Shown: positions 61,516 through 64,000 of the stretch, one piece after another
How positions within the stretch are numbered: position 1 is the first letter of the stretch
Layout: every line of letters starts with the position of its first letter
Assembly (NCBI GenBank): GCA_965248755.1
Contig: OZ252149.1
Span: 2,304,001 to 2,368,000, forward strand
Direction of reading: 5' to 3'
DNA: 64,000 nucleotides
Source: Candidatus Latescibacterota bacterium
GTDB lineage: Bacteria; Latescibacterota; CBDEFO01
Translations under genes and position numbers: made by a program
The notes under the pieces: model-generated
What the model was told of the DNA's origin: nothing
The model's database searches: none
The model's input: only the letters and a program-made list of their open reading frames with translations

Positions 61516-62175
61516 ATGATCTGGGACGCTCTGAGTCTCTCGATTTCCGTGTCCAGCGCGGCGATAGTTATAATAGGTATTCTGGGCGGAGGGCTGGGAT
61601 TGGTACTGGCTAAGAGAAATTTCTTCGGAAGGGAGTTCCTAGATTCTCTGGTCACGCTCCCGATGGTGCTCCCTCCTGTAGTAGCAGGATACTATCTGAT
61701 AATTCTGGTCGGAAGGAGAGGGATCATAGGAAAATACCTCTATGAGTTGACAGGATTGAGCCTGACATTTACGTGGCAGGCGGCTGTGCTTGCATCAACG
61801 GTAATAGCTCTCCCTATTATGGTAAAATCGGCAAAGGCGGCGTTTGAAGGTGTAGATAGAGACCTGGAACTTGTATCTTATACGCTGGGGAAAACGAGAT
61901 TAGAGACGTTCCTTAAGGTGACACTTCCCCTTGCAAAGAACGGCCTTATAAGCGGATTGGTGCTCAGCTTTGCAAGGGCAATAGGAGAATTCGGAGCTAC
62001 ACTGATGCTTGCGGGGAATATAAGGGGAAAGACTCAGACGATACCTTTAGCGATATATGAGGCATTTACCACGGGGCAGGACACGCTGGCTCAGATATTA
62101 GTGCTGATTTTGACCTCTCTGTCGGTCATTATAATATATGTAACGAATAAGATAGGTGGACTGAGGAGCTTCTAA
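61516..62175 (+). CDS. modB: Molybdate ABC transporter permease
   Basis: LPMVLPPVVAGY and FARAIGEFGATLMLAGNI.GKTQT. Confidence 0.94.
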   Translation: MIWDALSLSISVSSAAIVIIGILGGGLGLVLAKRNFFGREFLDSLVTLPMVLPPVVAGYYLIILVGRRGIIGKYLYELTGLSLTFTWQAAVLASTVIALPIMVKSAKAAFEGVDRDLELVSYTLGKTRLETFLKVTLPLAKNGLISGLVLSFARAIGEFGATLMLAGNIRGKTQTIPLAIYEAFTTGQDTLAQILVLILTSLSVIIIYVTNKIGGLRSF

Positions 62176-62502
62176 CCAGGTGCGATCGCTTCGGAGCGAG
62201 CGATCCTTTATACTGCCAAGGCCAAAGCAATCTGGCAGACAGCAGGCAGGGAAAGAATAGACTGCCTTCTTCGACATATCTTCAGGCGCTTTTAGATTGT
62301 CACCCTACATCAGAAATTGATAACATTACGTTATCAGCTGTTCTGCTATCCATCTGCCAAGAGCCTCTTCACTCATTGCATCTCTTCCACTCTTATCCGA
62401 CCATTCTTCATATGCCGCGACAGCCTCTGGCTTGCCTTGTGGGTCAGGTTCATGGCACTTAGAGATTAAGTGTCCCGTCATATCATCACCTCTGCCCAGA
62501 TA

Positions 62503-63303
62503 CTACGGTGTAAACTGCTCTTTCGGGACACTTATCTTGGCATCGGAGGCTATCCTGACCAGAACGGCGACCATCACCGCCAGCGCACTGATGATGCCTG
62601 TCACTGTGAAGACATGGTTTGCTCGTATGTTCTCTGCTATCCATCCAGATAGGCTAGACGCGAATGATCCCACCCCGAAAGCTATAAGAAAGCTGATTAC
62701 ATAGGCTGAGCTCCTCACCGAAGCAGTCGCATATTTGGCCACTAAACTGTTCTGCACAGGCTGGCTTGCAAAGTAGAAGAAGGCAAAGCCCATAGATGCA
62801 GAGATAAGAGGCAGATTCTGTGTTTGGCCTATTACAAACAAAAAGGGCGTGCTGCAGCATACGGACAATATCAAAAGATTCTCTATCCTCATCTTTTCAC
62901 AAACCCGTCCCCCCTGCCAGAAGGGCGATCGTAGTTAGCAACCCTCCTACCTCCAAGCCTCTTAGATGCAAAAGCGTAGGATCTATTGCGGCGACAAAGT
63001 ATGGCGGGAAGAAGGTCATAATCCCACTGTAGCAAAGGCCGCTGAAGACGCAGGACACATATAGCAGACTGAAAGGCAAAATCAGGGTCTTGACCTGAGG
63101 CAATGCCTCATCTCTGGACAAGCCACCTTCGGACTCCCTCTCTTCAAATCTCCAAAACAGCATAAGAAGAACTAACATAAGGCCCGGGATCGAGATGAGA
63201 ACTCTCCTCGATCCGAACCTATCCGCTATCATCCCTGCAGGCAGCGCTCCCAGGCCGAAAAGCAGGTATGAAATACTCCCCAATATACCTATGGATCATA
63301 GCA
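62503..63303 (-). pseudogene. Degraded MFS transporter (internal deletions, frameshift near 62895)
   Basis: GMIADRFGSRR motif A in 62897-63283. The C-terminal helices continue in another frame (62503-62892). Total length is far below a 12-TM MFS. Confidence 0.7.
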
Positions 63304-63464
63304 TGCGCAATACCCGTAATTAATATGACTCTCTTTTCCGAACTTTGCATTTAACTTCCGCTCAGCCAAGATATGGACAGACAAAATCCCGCACCCGAAA
63401 TAGAATGCGGGATAGGTCTTTCGTCAAGACGGATCGGTTGCAGCACCTCTTAGTAGAAGCCAGG

Positions 63465-64000
63465 TCAAAATTTTCCTCTTCTTCTCTCCTTGGAGGGTAA
63501 TATCTCAAGACACGTCGTCCACCAGCCGGAGCGAATCGTATCTATGAACTCCTCTGGAATCTTCTCCCGCTTCATCTCCAAAGCCAAGCTTTCGTAGTCG
63601 TAATCCAAGGGGACAAATTGCACATCAAGCGAGCCATTACATGCTGTCAGAACAGTGTACCAGGCGTTGGTGCTCCCATCGTTCTCCGGGCGACCTAAAA
63701 CCCCGACGTTCACAAAGCACCTGTCCTTTGAGACCTCTCTTTTCCAATGTATTCCCGTATGTGTGGCCAGTATGACCTCTGCGTCGTAGTCGTCGAGAAG
63801 CTTTTCTATGAAGTGAGTCGGAGTCGTGGATTCCCAGAGGAATTCGTTAATCTTCCGGGGGGACCCGTGACACATCAGGACTCTGCGGTTGCCTATCTTT
63901 AGCCTAAACTCCCAGGGCAGTTCTTTCATCCATCTCCTGTTCTCTAGAGAGGTCTTAGCAAACGTATAGTTGTAGCTGATCTTGGCAAAATAGTTATCTC
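63465..64000 (-). CDS. Calcineurin-like metallophosphoesterase family protein (5' end outside window)
   Basis: CHGSP, THTG and VNVGVLGRP.NDG motifs; the frame is open to the window edge. Confidence 0.85.
   Translation of the reverse strand, partial: DNYFAKISYNYTFAKTSLENRRWMKELPWEFRLKIGNRRVLMCHGSPRKINEFLWESTTPTHFIEKLLDDYDAEVILATHTGIHWKREVSKDRCFVNVGVLGRPENDGSTNAWYTVLTACNGSLDVQFVPLDYDYESLALEMKREKIPEEFIDTIRSGWWTTCLEILPSKERRRGKF

Overview
Bacterial genomic window of moderate GC, with no rRNA, tRNA or CRISPR array seen. Gene content suggests a diderm, possibly a candidate-phylum organism such as Latescibacterota, but that is inference only. From about 13 kb to 62 kb it is mostly a + strand housekeeping backbone: glmS, fusA, yebC-ruvCAB, tsaB-rimI, accD, holB, metG, tatD, rsmA, recJ, ilvE, proC, hisHAF, aroF, proBA, hisI, recO, glyQS, trkH, modAB. 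The backbone is interrupted by an IS1380 that split rimI and carried a captured fragment of another gene, an IS3-family element, a lone integron-type gene cassette, and dispersed palindromic REP-like repeats, one of them in frame inside proA. The first 12.7 kb is an accessory region with decayed gene fragments and a duplicated DUF2294/Lrp/attenuator block around a KamA-like radical SAM gene. The most striking feature is a divergent ECF sigma factor (7271-7798, -) followed not by an anti-sigma gene but by a ~1.3 kb non-coding array of shuffled hairpin modules (about 5890-7190). The array shows covariation and G-U pairs favouring a minus-strand RNA, variable-copy 17-nt units and a terminal intrinsic terminator. 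It is a candidate undescribed sigma-factor/ncRNA-array system.
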